The position numbers and the translations under genes are program-made. The notes under the pieces were generated by a model. That model was given only the letters and a program-made list of their open reading frames with translations, did no database searches and was not told the DNA's origin. A DNA stretch of 64,000 bases from Mobula hypostoma (Eukaryota). This document shows, piece by piece, positions 12,441-24,927 of the stretch. The stretch spans positions 22,320,001 to 22,384,000 of the forward strand of contig NC_086108.1 of NCBI RefSeq assembly GCF_963921235.1. The letters are read 5' to 3'. Numbering within the stretch: position 1 is the stretch's first letter; every line of letters starts with the position of its first letter.

Positions 12441-13667
12441 TCTATACTACCTGGATTACTTTTTAAGAGCTTTTTAAAATTTAAGCTGGTTATAGTAGGG
12501 GAGCTCAGTGCCAGGTGTTCTTCAGCCTGCAGTAATGTGGGAATTAAAAGATACTCCTGATAGTATCTTTGCGGGGGGCTTTATTAGAACATTAGCGTGT
12601 GTTTAAACTAATTTAACAGGGAAACGAGACATAAAAGAGAGGTACAGTAGCAGATGAGAAATATACAACTACAGAAGGAAAATGATGTCTATAGACATAT
12701 GGAAGAAATGCAGGATTGGTTTGGATCTATTTTCAGTCAAAGGAGTCTGTTGAGTATGGCTGGAGAATGAAGTAGTGATTAACATCTGAAAATATGGTAT
12801 TGCTGTCAGAGAGACATGATTGAAAGAAGGACAGGTCTGGCAACACAACATTCCACAACTAGAAACTTTAGATCTGACATAGGGATGGCAAATGAGGGAG
12901 TGAAATTGCATTATTAATCAACCATTCAATATTGTTGTAAAGAGGGAAGATATCCAAGCTTAGAAATGAAAAGTAGGTGATCACTTTACTGTGAGTGTAA
13001 AACAATCTCCAAATCGTCAACAGGAAAAGGAAGTATAGGCAAATTATATAGAAGTGGAAAACTAATAACGTAATAGGAGTAGATAGTTTCAACTTTCTGC
13101 AGTAGTGATTTGAGGTGCTTTAATGTGAAGTGCTTAAAGAAACAGCAATTTTTACAATACAGCCAGGAGAACCTTTTGAGCCAGAACGTGGATACTCCAA
13201 TGAGAAAAGGGGCAAAAATAGATTTAAAAAATCTTAGGGAATGTAGCAGAGCATATGGAGGGAGTGAAAATAGTTTTTTTTAAAACTGTAGGTACTGGAA
13301 ATATAAACCATAAAGAAAATGGTGGAAATATTCTGCGGGTCAGCCTGCATCTTTGGCAAGAGCAACAGAATAAATGTTTGGGGTCAGACTCTTTGTTAGA
13401 ACTGAAAAAAGGAGACAAAAGTAGCTGAGAGAGGGGTTGGAGCGTGTTGGGGAGTGAACAGGAGCCGTTAAAGAATGAGAACAGAGACAAAAGAACATAG
13501 ACTCTTGTGGGAGTTATGGAATGCAGAGGAGGAGAACAGGACAGGCAGATCAGGCTGGGCATGTCCTCTATTCTGAGAAAGCAAGGGAGGGGCAAAAAGA
13601 AACCAGAGTGATAAAATATCACAGTTGTGGTAAGGGTAGAGAATGGATAGTAGTGATCCCTCTAATG

Positions 13668-13733
13668 CAGGCCTTCACAACTGGGGTCTGCAGACCCTTC
13701 GGTCATGGCAGAAAAAAACACTGGGAACCCCTG
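13668..13733. mobile_element. Tiny hAT (Charlie-like) MITE
   Basis: Ends CAGGCCTTCACAAC / CTGGGAACCCCTG; 8-bp TSD CTCTAATG / CTGTAATG. Confidence 0.65.
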
Positions 13734-14758
13734 CTGTAATGAGAAGTGAAGTACTTAATTTAATTTAGAGGTCAAAAGCGGGGACACAACATGGTAATGG
13801 CATGTAAAATTAAAGATTCTAAGAGCACAAGGGTATCCTGAGAAATTAAAAGGGTAATTAGGGAGAAAAGAGGCAAATTGTGATTGAAGCCTGAAGCAAT
13901 GGTTAACATCTTAAGTAGTTTTAATCTGTGTTCAATCTGGAGAATGACATTGTAGTTGGAGATTCAGGAAGAGTGGTGAATTTTTTTTACTCTGAATTTT
14001 GTCGATAAAGATGATGTTTTAGCTCACTTAAAAGTGATAAATTCTTGGGGCCTAGCATGGGGTGACAAGGGAGGAAAAATGCCAAATGATTGGAAGATAG
14101 TGAATATGATACCTTCATTCGAGCAGGGCATCAGGGAAAAGCCAGCTGGCTCTGGCCTGTAAATCTAACGTTGGTAATGAAATTATAGGAAAAATTCTGA
14201 GGGGCTGGTTTATTCTGCTCTAGGAATCAGTAATTGATCTGGGATAGTCAGCATGGCTTTTAGGGGAGATGCTGTGTGATTAGTTTGATTGATGCACTTA
14301 GTCACTTCCTTGAAAAATTCACAGAAGATAGTGAGGTTGATGAAGTTTACGTGGAACTCAACAAGGCCTTTGAGAAAGTCCCACGTAGCATACTGGTCCA
14401 AAAGGTAAGAGTCAATGGGACACAGGGCACTTTGATAAAACGGATCTAAAATTGGTTTGGTAAGGAGAGACCAGAGGTAATGGTAGAGGCTTACTTTTGC
14501 AGTTGTAAGTTTGTGATCCTTAATGTTTGATCTATATACTAATGATCTAGATATACAGGAGATATGATCAACTTGTTCACAGGTGAAACTGGTGATGATG
14601 TGATGATGAATACGGTGGTCTTCAGTCACAGAATGATATTCATGAGTTGGTTAGATGGGTAAAGAAATGGCAGGTGGAATTTAATTTTGAAAAATGTATG
14701 ATAGGCATTTGGGAGGATTAGTTATCTCAAAAATGATCCTTGAAGTGCTAAGGGACAG

Positions 14759-15036
14759 TTTATTTATTTATTTATTTTTATTTATTGAGATAGAGCGTGG
14801 AATAGGCCATTCCAGCCTTTGAGCTGCACTGCCCAGCAATCCTGGGGTTTAATCTTCGCCTAATCATGGGACAATCTTCAATGACCAAGTAACCTACCAC
14901 AGTCTTTGGACTGTGGAGGGAAACCAGAGCACCAGAAGAAACTCACGCATTCACGGGGAGAATATACAGATTCCATGGGAATTGCCCTGGGTCTCTGGTA
15001 CTGTAAAGCACTGTGCTAACTACTATGCCACCATGC
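14759..15036 (-). mobile_element. V-SINE (HE1-like) with (TAAA)n tail
   Basis: (TTTA)n at 14759; GTCTTTGGACTGTGGAGGGAAACCAGAGCAC is the reverse V-domain. Confidence 0.75.
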
Positions 15037-15090
15037 TGCTGGATCACTGAATGCAGCAGCACAGATAAGCTAGTTATAAAGTAACATGGG

Positions 15091-15395
15091 TTGGCGCGTG
15101 GCCAAGTGGTTAAGGCGTCAGTCTAATGATCTGAAGGTCGCTAGTTCGAGCCTCAGCTGAGGCAGCGTGTTGTGTCCTTGAGCAAGGCACTTAACCACAC
15201 ATTGCTCTGCGACGATACTGGTGCCAAGCTGTATCGGCCCTAGTGCCCTTCCCTTGGACAACATCGGTGGTTTGGAGAGGGGAGACTTGCAGCATGGGCA
15301 ACTGCCGGTCTTCCATACAACCTCGCCCAGGTCTGCGCCCTGGAAACCTTCTAAGGCGCAAATCCATGGTCTCACAAGACTAACGGATGCCTATA
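15091..15395 (+). mobile_element. Young tRNA-derived SINE with CORE-like domain
   Basis: A box TGGCCAAGTGG, B box GTTCGAGCC, CORE-like TGTGTCCTTGAGCAAGGCACTTAAC; perfect 13-bp TSD AAAGTAACATGGG (15078-15090 and 15396-15408). Confidence 0.85.
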
Positions 15396-15975
15396 AAAGT
15401 AACATGGGACATTCGTCTTCATTAGGCAAGGCATGGAATATAGGAGTGGGAAGCTTATGGTCCAGTTATATAAAACATTATTTTGGGCATAACCAGTCAG
15501 TACGTTGTAGGGAGAATGTAATTGACCATTGTTGCCTGGAATAGAATGTTTTAATTACGAGGAGACATTGGATATTCTGGGTTTGTTTTCCTTGGCATTG
15601 AGAAGGTTAAAGGAGCTGATTGAGAAGCACAAAATTATGAATGGCATTGATAAGCTTGATGGTCAGAAACTTTGCCCCTTAGCTGCGGTATTTATAACCA
15701 GCGCGCAACGGTTTAGGGTCGGGGATAGGAGATTCAGGTGGAAATTGACAAAGAATTTTGTTTTTACCCAGGGGATCATTGAAACCAAGAATTAATTAAT
15801 GGAGGCAGGTTCCTTCACAGCATTTAAGAAATGTCAAGTCATGCACTTGAAATGTCTATGCACAGAAGGGGACCGAGTGCTGAGAAATGGGTTATACGAT
15901 AGAGCCTTTGATTCACTATGTCTGTATCTGTTTCAATGCTTTATGACTATGATTCTAATTGTGGTCCTTTTCCAG

Positions 15976-16044
15976 ATGCTGTTGCAGAATCTGAGATGGA
16001 GTTTGACAGAGTACAGGACTTTTCCGGGCCAACTATGTTTTCTG
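15976..16044 (+). CDS. Candidate internal exon of the TOR1AIP gene (69 nt, phase 1-1)
   Basis: Acceptor gtccttttccAG, donor TCTG|GTATTA. Frame DAVAESEMEFDRVQDFSGPTMFS; its 3' end resembles the 90-nt repeat exons. Confidence 0.65.
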
Positions 16045-17037
16045 GTATTAAATGTTTTACTTTTTTTGTGTGAAATAACAATGTTCTATTTTACTGTTAC
16101 TAGGTCTATGCGTAAAGTCAGATAGTTGGGAACAGACATCAGATAATTGCTGCACAGTCTTGGGAGTTATTTATTTTCAAATGTGCATATTGAAAGTAGT
16201 CCAAGTCTATGATCTTTTTGGTTGGTGGTGGGGGAAGGTGGTGGAGAAATGGGTGAAAAGGACTTTTTATGTTTGTGTGAGAGAGAAGGATTTCCTCGCA
16301 CTCAACTCAAGTATGCTCTGTCTCAGTTCTGTGCTGAAGCATACAACCTTCTTCTGTTCTATATTCGGCCTAAAATAGTACTGATTATCGTTAATCTACA
16401 GCATGGGTTGTGCCATCAATTTAGTTAGAATATTTCTCATTTTATTCTGTCTTTATATTCAAGGGATTTCTTGCTCTTGTCCTTTAGCTATAATGCCAAG
16501 GTTAGTTGCATTCAGGATCTGTCGAATTATGTGTAGAATGATTTAACAAGCGTGGAGCAATTCAAAAAACCCTACAATTAGCAGGAAAGATGTTATTACT
16601 TGAATACTTCCATAATCCATATGTTATTTTGTCCCTAAGAATGAGGGGAAGCTGTGTGAGAGGCTACACAAGTTGATGATTTAATTGTGTAGGTTGCCTG
16701 ATCAGATGGGTTTTGTCATTTACTTCTAATAAATTAATAAAAAAATACTTGTACTGTACTTTGGGAAATGTAGAAGCTGCTGATTAATTTGTTGGGAAAT
16801 AATATATTAAACCAGAGAGCTTCAATTGTGTGTCACCTTCTCTATGGTAATATGCTAGAAATATATTTGTTTCATAGAAATGCTTCTCTTTTTCTGTGTT
16901 CAGATACTGCTACAGTGAGGAGTCTATGTTAGCTACACAGCAGTTTGAGAATTTAGCACAATGTACACCATAATACACTAGGTACACTGCGCTGCTCCAT
17001 TCACTGACTGAGTGCAGATATCATTTAATATTCTCTA

Positions 17038-19673
17038 AAATAGAAACAAAGGAATGTAACATTTTGTGCATCGTGGAGGCGTGGCTGATGGATGAGATAC
17101 CAGATCACGCCATCGAGCCCTCTGGATTCTCCCTGTTCCAGATGGACACATCAAAAAACCTCTCTGAGAAGAGTAAAGGAGGTGGGAGTATGCTTCATGA
17201 TCAATAATGCCTGGTGCGACCCCTGGAATATGCATGCTATCAAATCCTTTTGTTCCCTGGATCTGGAGTACCTGGTGCTGCTGTCTAGACCTTTCTGGCT
17301 GCCTAGGGAGTTCACAGCTGTCATTATCACAGTTGTGTATATTCTGCTGCAGGCTGATACTGACCTGGCCCTCAAGGAACTGTATGAGACCATCAGCACC
17401 CTGGAATCTGCACACCCAGAGGCTGCCTTCATCGTTGCCAGTGACTTTAATAGAGCATTGCTGACTAAAGTCTCTCTGAAGTTTTGTCAACACATCCAGG
17501 TGAGCACATGGGGAGACAGCATACTCGACCACTGCTACTCTCCCTTCCGCAACACTTACAAAGCGCTCCTTCACCCCGATTTGGAAGATCAGATCACGCC
17601 TCCATTTTGCGGCCAAAGTACAGGCAGAAACGGAAACAAGAGGCGGCCATAGTTAAAGCCAAACACTGTTGGTCCAACCAATCGGCCTCCATGCTACAGG
17701 ACTGCTTTGATGACATCGACTGGAATGTCTTCCATGATGAGGATGTCTCAGAATTCATGGATGGGGTCATGCGTTTCATCCAGAAGTGCATTGGGGATGT
17801 TGTCCCCCAGAAATTGGTCAGGGTCTATTCAAACCAGGAACCCTGGATCAACAGTTCCGTGTGAGCAGCACTTACCGTGCGACAGAGAGCTTACATTGCC
17901 GGTAATCAGCAGGAACTCAAGAAATGCAGCTACGATCTGTGCAAAGTCATCAAGGCAGCAAAACAGCGATACAAAGATAAGATTCAGACTCAACTCTCTA
18001 TCAACAACACATGTAGTTTATGGCAAGGCCTGCAAACCATTACAGACTTCAAAGCTAGATGCAGTGGAGTTTCCAACATCACTGCCTCTCTCTGAGGCAA
18101 GCTAAATCTTTTTTACGCTCGATTCGATGTTGCCAATTGTGAGCCCTTGAGAAGACTTATAGCTGATGTGACCTGCACCTCGGTCATCTCTGAGGCTGAA
18201 GTATGCAGGTGTTTTTAACAAGTGGACAGTCGCATGGTTGTGGGACCGGACGGCATCCCAGGGCGGGTACTCAGGATGTGTGCGGTACAACTTGCAGGTG
18301 TGTTTACAGACATTTTTAATCTCTCCCTCTCCCAGTGCCCTCCTGCTTCAAAACATTCACCATTGTTCCTGTACCTAAAAAGACCAAGGTAACATGTCTG
18401 AATGACTGGCGTCCTGTCACACTTACCTCAATAATAAATAAATACTTTGAGAGGCTAGTCAAGGACTACATCTGCAGCGTGCTACCACCCACACTGGACC
18501 CCCTACAATTCGCCTACTGACACAACTGATCGACAGATGATGCAATAACCACAGCTCTTCAAACCCCGCCTTGCACGTCTAGAGAAGAGGGATGCTTATG
18601 TGAGAATGTTGTTCTTGGACTACAGTTCAGCATTCAACACCATAATTCCCTCCAGGCTTGACAAGAAAGCTTTGACCCTGCCTTGTGTTGCTGGATCCTG
18701 GACTTCCTGTCAGATCGCTGGCATGTGGTAAGAGTGGGCTCCCTCACCTCTGACCCTCAACACAGGTGCCCCTCAGGGTTGTGTACTAAGCCCCCACCTT
18801 TACTCTCTGTATACTCATGACTGTGTCGCCACCCACAGCTCCAGTTTGCTGATGACACTACACTGATTGGTCTAATCTCAAATAATAATGAGGCAGCCTA
18901 CAGAGAAGAAGTCATCACCCTGACACAGTGGTATCAAAAAAACAACCTTTCCCTCAATGTCGCAAAAACGAGCTGATTGTGGATTACAGGAGGAACGGAG
19001 ACAGGCTAGCTCCGATTGACATCAATGATCTAGGGTTGAGAGGGTGAACAACTGTAAATTCCTCAGCATAAACATCAAGGATTTCACATGGTTTGTACAT
19101 ACTGGCTGTTTGGTGAAAAAGGTGCAACAGCGCCTCTTTCACCTCAGACTGTTGAGGAAGTTTGGTATGGGCCCTCAAATCTTTAAGAACTTTCTACAGG
19201 GGCACAGTTGAGGGCATCCTGATTGGCTGCATCACTGCCTGGTATGGAAATTCCTTCATTTTCAGGACTCTACAGAGTGGTGCGGACAGCCCAGCGCATC
19301 TGTAGATGTGAACTTTGCACTATTCAGGACCTTTACAGAGACAGGTGCGTAAAAAGGTCCCGAAGGATCATTGGGGACCTGAGTCACCCCAACCACAAAC
19401 TGTTCCAGCTGCTACCATCCAGGAAGCAGTACCACAGCATAAAAGCCAGGACCAACAGGCTCCGGGACAGCTTCTTCCACCAGGCCATCAGACTGATTAA
19501 TTCACGCTGATACAATTGTATTTCTATGTTATATTGACTATCCTGTTGTACATACTATTTATTATAAATTACTATAAATTGCACATAGCACATTTAGACA
19601 GAGATATAACGTAAAGATTTTTAATCCTCATGTATATGAAGGATGTAAGCAAGAAAATCAATTCAATTCAATT
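17038..19673 (+). mobile_element. Rex1/Babar-type LINE, decayed (APE + RT)
   Basis: [70 protein letters not shown]; (CAATT)n tail. Confidence 0.9.
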
Positions 19674-19900
19674 GTTCCATGCATTAGCTACACTAAAACA
19701 AGTGTATTTAATATTGTTTAGAATCAGATTTATTGTCATTGTCTTTGATGTGATATTTCTAGTCTTGTGAGAACACTACGTGCAATGACATAAAATTACT
19801 GTAAATTACAAAACAAATAGTGCAAAAAAAAGGAACAAGAAGGTAATATTCATGTTTTGCTGTGCTCTAACTTCTATTTCTGTTTATTTTCTCCTTGTAG

Positions 19901-19990
19901 ATGCTGATTGCCATCACTTGAACAAAAGAGAGCCACAAGACTATGTTGATGCAAAACAAAGTTCACAGTTTAGTGGGCTAAATACTTTTG
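19901..19990 (+). CDS. TOR1AIP internal exon, 90-nt repeat copy 1
   Basis: Acceptor ttattttctccttgtAG, donor TTG|GTAAGT. DADCHHLNKREPQDYVDAKQSSQFSGLNTF. Confidence 0.8.
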
Positions 19991-21355
19991 GTAAGTTTGA
20001 CAAGTTAAAATTAGTTTGCACGCCTATACTTTGCACCTTTCAGATGTTTTGAGATCATTGCTGTATTTATTATTACCATGGATGTAATTTTATCTATGAG
20101 CTTCACTTATGCATGGAATTTTATTGCAACCTGGTGTATATGACAATAAACTAATCTGAGTTTGACTTGAACTTACAATTTTGAGAGTTGTACGATTTGT
20201 TACTATCTTGTACTTGAATTCTTATTTGATTTAGCAATGTTACTTGTAGATTTGGTTTGCAAAATATACTACAGTTCTCAAGTGTCTGAAGAAGTCATCT
20301 TTGATATTTCCAGAGTGGAATTAATGGAGAGAGGGGACCCCTTACTGATCACCCTTTGACAACTCACTGAATAGCAAGAGCATACAGGCCATTGCTGTGG
20401 CTTCTGCTCACTCACATTGGGGTCAAAACACGTGCTGGCACTTGCTATCAAGGCTGCCTTGTAAGTTACCACCCTGGAGGCAAATTTTTGAAGGAAAATC
20501 ATTTACAAGTTTGTGCTGCTGCCAAAAAGCAATGTGGATTTGATCCTGGCACCTTGTGTAGTTTGCCTGCTTCCAAGTGTCTGTATGGTTTCCACCTGGA
20601 GCTCTGGTTTTCTACTACACATCAAAGATGTGTTCCTAGATTAACTGGCTCCTGTAAATTACTCCCAGTATAGGAAGGTGAAAGAAAAATCAGGTGCATC
20701 GATGAGTATGTGAGGATAGGTGGAAGGGAATAAAATGGAGGAATGGCACTGACGAGTGTGCTCTCGGAGCTGGCATTAACTCAGTGGACCAAATGGTGTC
20801 TGAGTCATGAGTAGTTGTGAGAAAGTTGATCTTGCAGGAGCTAACTCATCTGGTTTAGGGTAGCTACAAGGAGATTAGTCTCAGCGTCCCTGGTTATTAA
20901 AGTTCGGGGTCATACAGGGAGTATTGTGAATATCAGGTGTGTATATGATTCGATGCATCCTTGATCTGTGGAGTCAAAAGAGCATATTGGTACTTTTAAG
21001 ATTATCTTGCAAAGGTAACTGGAGGTGTTGAAAGTGAGCCATTGGAATATACTCTATTAAAGACAGCTGCAGGAAAAAGGATTCCATCCGATGTTAATAA
21101 CAACCTGCAAATGAGCTCATTTTGGCCAAATTAAGAATAATTCTGTGCTTCAGTTATTCCCAAAACAGGGAGATGATATTACAGTCACAGATTGTAATAG
21201 TTATCAGTCTTCCAGATGGTCGCCTTTTAACAGCACAGAGAGTGATTTCAAAAGCCAAATGGAGTTTTTAGGTTGTTGAATATTTGAAAAAGTCCCTTTA
21301 AAATTCAATGTGTTGCAGTCTTTAATTTCTTCTTTCTATTTTTTCCCTTGTGTAG

Positions 21356-21445
21356 CTGATGCTCTCCCACACTCAAGCAAAAGGGAGCCCTGGGGTTTCA
21401 CTGATACAAAGCATAGTTCACAGTTAACTAGGCCAAATGCTTCTG
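21356..21445 (+). CDS. TOR1AIP internal exon, 90-nt repeat copy 2
   Basis: Acceptor ttttttcccttgtgtAG, donor CTG|GTAAGT. ADALPHSSKREPWGFTDTKHSSQLTRPNAS. Confidence 0.8.
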
Positions 21446-21757
21446 GTAAGTGGTTGAAGCAAATACAATTGCATTGTGTTTAACAGTTACAGGAGCAGGC
21501 AGGGAATGGAGGGAAATAGAACATACGCCAGCATGTGATTAGTTAGATTGGCATTGTGGTCAGCAGAGACATTATGGGACAAAGGGCCTGTTCCTGAGCT
21601 GTAATGTTCTTGGAGCAGTTGTGATCCGCTGTGTTACAGGTTGCCAGACGACTGGGACACTTTAATATTATTAAATATATTGGGAAAACACATTAAATTT
21701 TCATGTTTCGCAGTACCCCCCAATCTAATTTTCTGTTTATTTTTTTCACTTTTGTAG

Positions 21758-21847
21758 TTGGTGCCCACCAGCGCACAAGATACAGGGAGCACTGGAGTTT
21801 CACTGATACTAAACAAAGTTCACAGTTTAACAGGCCGAATGCTACTG
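21758..21847 (+). CDS. TOR1AIP internal exon, 90-nt repeat copy 3
   Basis: Acceptor tttttcacttttgtAG, donor CTG|GTAAGT. VGAHQRTRYREHWSFTDTKQSSQFNRPNAT. Confidence 0.8.
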
Positions 21848-23941
21848 GTAAGTTATAAGTATCTATTAAGCAGTGGTGCATTTGCATGGATTCTTCAGTG
21901 CTGGTATTCAAATTCTGGCTTGGTTACTTTTTGCTTTTGTATTTGGATTGCGAAATACTTCACAGTGCACAGGTATCTGGTGAATGCTATCTTTGGGCGG
22001 AGTGTAGCCAGTCAAAATCAGAGTTGATTGTTTTCAATGGACACAGTTTGGATTCTCTCACACACTGACATTTCCCAGAGTGTTTTTAGCACAACGGGAA
22101 GAAGAAACATGCTCTAGCCTTGACTTCCGGTCTGTCCCTCGATTTCAAAGTTGACAGTGGTCAACTAGCACTTAAATTCCCTGCGTTGTCCAGACTTATG
22201 TCCTCTGGAGTTTCAGCAGGTTGTGGAAGCTTAAATGAGTTTGGAATTGCTGTGTCACCTGCTGTTCCAGCAGAGGTTCAACGTACCATAAGACATAGGA
22301 ACAGAATTAGACCATTTGCCCCACCAGGTCTGTCCCACTGTTCAATCATGGCTGATTTATTTTCCCATTGTACATGGTCTGACAACATATGAAAAGTTTC
22401 AAGAGGGACAATCATACAACATAGTGCCTGTCCTGTCCTTTTTGGAAACTATTCATTGTAGAATTTTCCAACCTTGTTTAAGTTAAACATGACAAATTAA
22501 CTTTCTCAAATGCCTCTGCAAACCACCAAACCTGTATCTACTGACAATGCAATAACCAATTACACATCACCCGCAAATGGAAAAGTTGTTCAAACCTGGC
22601 AAAGTAAATCCACCATTTAATTGTTTGGAATTCTCAAGTGACTTGGCATCTAGATCATGGTCTCTTACAATTCATTGGTTTCAGTGGAAAATTATACTCT
22701 TGTAACATCACAGTCTCAGGTAAACTGGGAGTAATATCCAAGTCTAGAAAATCTGCCAACCTAGCAAAGTCCTCAGTATGCTGGATTACTGGACTTTTAC
22801 TGAGTGTCCCCTTAAAATTGTTCAGTGGACTGAGACAGGAGGGTGAAACAATGGTGCAGCCAGCAGAGCTGCTGCCTTACAGCTCCAGTGACCACACTCA
22901 GTCCTGATCTCCTGTGCTGTCTGAATCTGTGGTTCCCTTCAGGATTCTGCAGATTGGTTCATTCATTAGATGATAAGGATAAATTTCTTTTCTCTGCTGC
23001 TACTTCATTAATCATTTGTTTTCCTTTTGATATTGGGTTTTATATAACTCTGATAAAGTGATTTCTTTGTCAATTAACTTGAGAATAGTGACTCCTTTGT
23101 TTCCCAATACATATGTGAATACCCTTAGTTGAATCAGAATGGAACTCAGAATGGATTTTAAAATATTTTTTGTTACAGAAGGCTCATTAGGATGTTATAG
23201 GATATGACTGGATATCCTCTGAGGAAATGTTGTGAAGGTTATAACTCTTTGGAATTGACAAGAATGTGGGAATATCTTCTGCTGGTTTCTTAAGGGGCAA
23301 AATGAGGGAGACGCTGAGAGGATGTTTCCCACATGGGAAAGTCCAAAACCAGCAGTTGGGCTCTCAGAATAAAGAGGATCCCTATTAAAGGCAGAGATCA
23401 GGAAGAATTCCTACTTTGAGGATTGAGAGTCTTTGGAACAACTTGCACAAGAGAGTCACAAAGCCAGAATGTGTGTACAGTATATTCAAAGCTGTGATAG
23501 ACAGATTTCTTGTGATTAAGGGAATTAGTGGTCACAGGAAAAGAGACAAGGCATGAAGAGTTTCCAGTTAGCTATGACCAGGTGGATGACAAATTGGACC
23601 TCTTGGCCTCACAGTCTTATCCTGGCCTTGCACTGTATTTTGTCTTTAATTGTAACACTCGTTTTTGGGATTCTGTTATTGTATATTTTCCTGTACTGCC
23701 CTGATGCCCCAATGTGATGAAATGATCTACATGGGATAGCATGCAGAACAAAAGTTTTCACTGCTTTTTGGTACATGTGAGGATAATAAACCAATTGCCA
23801 AATTCATATAGGTGGCAGAGCAGGTTCAACAGGCTGAATGGCCTACTCCCGTTTTCACTTCTTGTGTCTTATAGATAGTGAGTTATTTGTGGAGGATGCT
23901 TTGCTATCCCTTAATTACTTTACCATTTCCTTTTTTTGAAG

Positions 23942-24031
23942 TGGTTAGTCATCAACGCTTCAGTTACACGAAGCCCCAGATTTACACTGACAGAAAGCAA
24001 AGTTCACAGTTTATCGGACCAAATGTTTCCG
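23942..24031 (+). CDS. TOR1AIP internal exon, 90-nt repeat copy 4
   Basis: Acceptor tttcctttttttgaAG, donor CCG|GTAAGT. VVSHQRFSYTKPQIYTDRKQSSQFIGPNVS. Confidence 0.8.
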
Positions 24032-24883
24032 GTAAGTAACAAACTGTGAAAGTGCCAAGGTTGCATTGCTAATTCACAAAGACTTTTAAAATCTGAATTT
24101 ATTAGATCTTCCTGAGTTTCCATTCACTTAGAAAAATGGATTACAAACACTATCTGCTGATGGAATGCAGCCTTGGATGGGCAGTGTTGGTCTCCTTCAT
24201 ACACTTCAGTTACAACAGAAAGACATTTCACAGATTTCACATATTCCCTCCACTCCATAGTGAGAGTTTGAAGGCTGTTGGTGTTCAGGGGATATGTGTA
24301 TTCCTGTCAACAAACACTAAAAATTAATATGAAGATACAGCAAGGAAATGATGTCTTAGCCTGTTCTGCAAGAGGAGTTGAACATGACTGACAACTTGCT
24401 CGAGTTATTTTGGGTCCTATATATGACAGTGCATATGGAATATTGTCTACCGGTCTGGTCTCCTAACAGGAGATAATATTTGCAGTGTTGGGAGCACAAG
24501 AGTTCATGAAACTGATTTCTGAGATGGCAGATTTTTTGTGTGAGAAGGGATTAAATAGACTGTATCTAAACTTATAACAATATAAAAAAATAGGAACAGG
24601 AGACTAAAATCAGGCAAGATCCTCTTCCTCCAAACACTTTTTATTTCCCTTCCCTATCCCCTGACAAGTAGATCCTCTCCCAAATCAAGAATCGGGTTCA
24701 AAAAGGCAGCACTTGAGCAAGTAATAGCACTGTATTGTTATGGTGAGGTGTAATGCACATTAGGCTCATATACTGTATCTTAGTGATGTCACATTATCAC
24801 ATTAGCTATTTAATCTTTGAAGAAATGCCTTTGTGATATATTTAATGTTTATCCTTAAATCTGTAATCCCTTCTCTCTTATAG

Positions 24884-24927
24884 ATGAGGGAGTCAAACAT
24901 TCAGCACACAAGAATAAACTGAGTTAG
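24884..24927 (+). CDS. Candidate further TOR1AIP exon (39-nt internal exon or stop-containing terminal exon)
   Basis: Strong acceptor cccttctctcttatAG. Phase-1 frame DEGVKHSAHKNKLS then TAG (24925-24927); possible donor CTGA|GTTAGA after 24922; AATAAA at 24960. Confidence 0.4.

Larger units (their letters stand above)
12470..15930 (+). mobile_element. Old, heavily decayed CR1 LINE with nested SINEs and MITE
   Basis: Degenerate endonuclease and RT segments, e.g. CAACAAGGCCTTTGAGAAAGTCCCAC (about 14360) and GAAATGGCAGGTGGAATTTAA (about 14665). Confidence 0.7.

Noticed and set aside
15091..15165. tRNA gene
   Set aside because: The A/B boxes belong to a SINE head; it continues into a CORE-like body bounded by TSDs.
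16904..16981. Possible TOR1AIP exon after ttttctgtgttcAG
   Set aside because: In-frame TAG after nine codons and no convincing frame-preserving donor.
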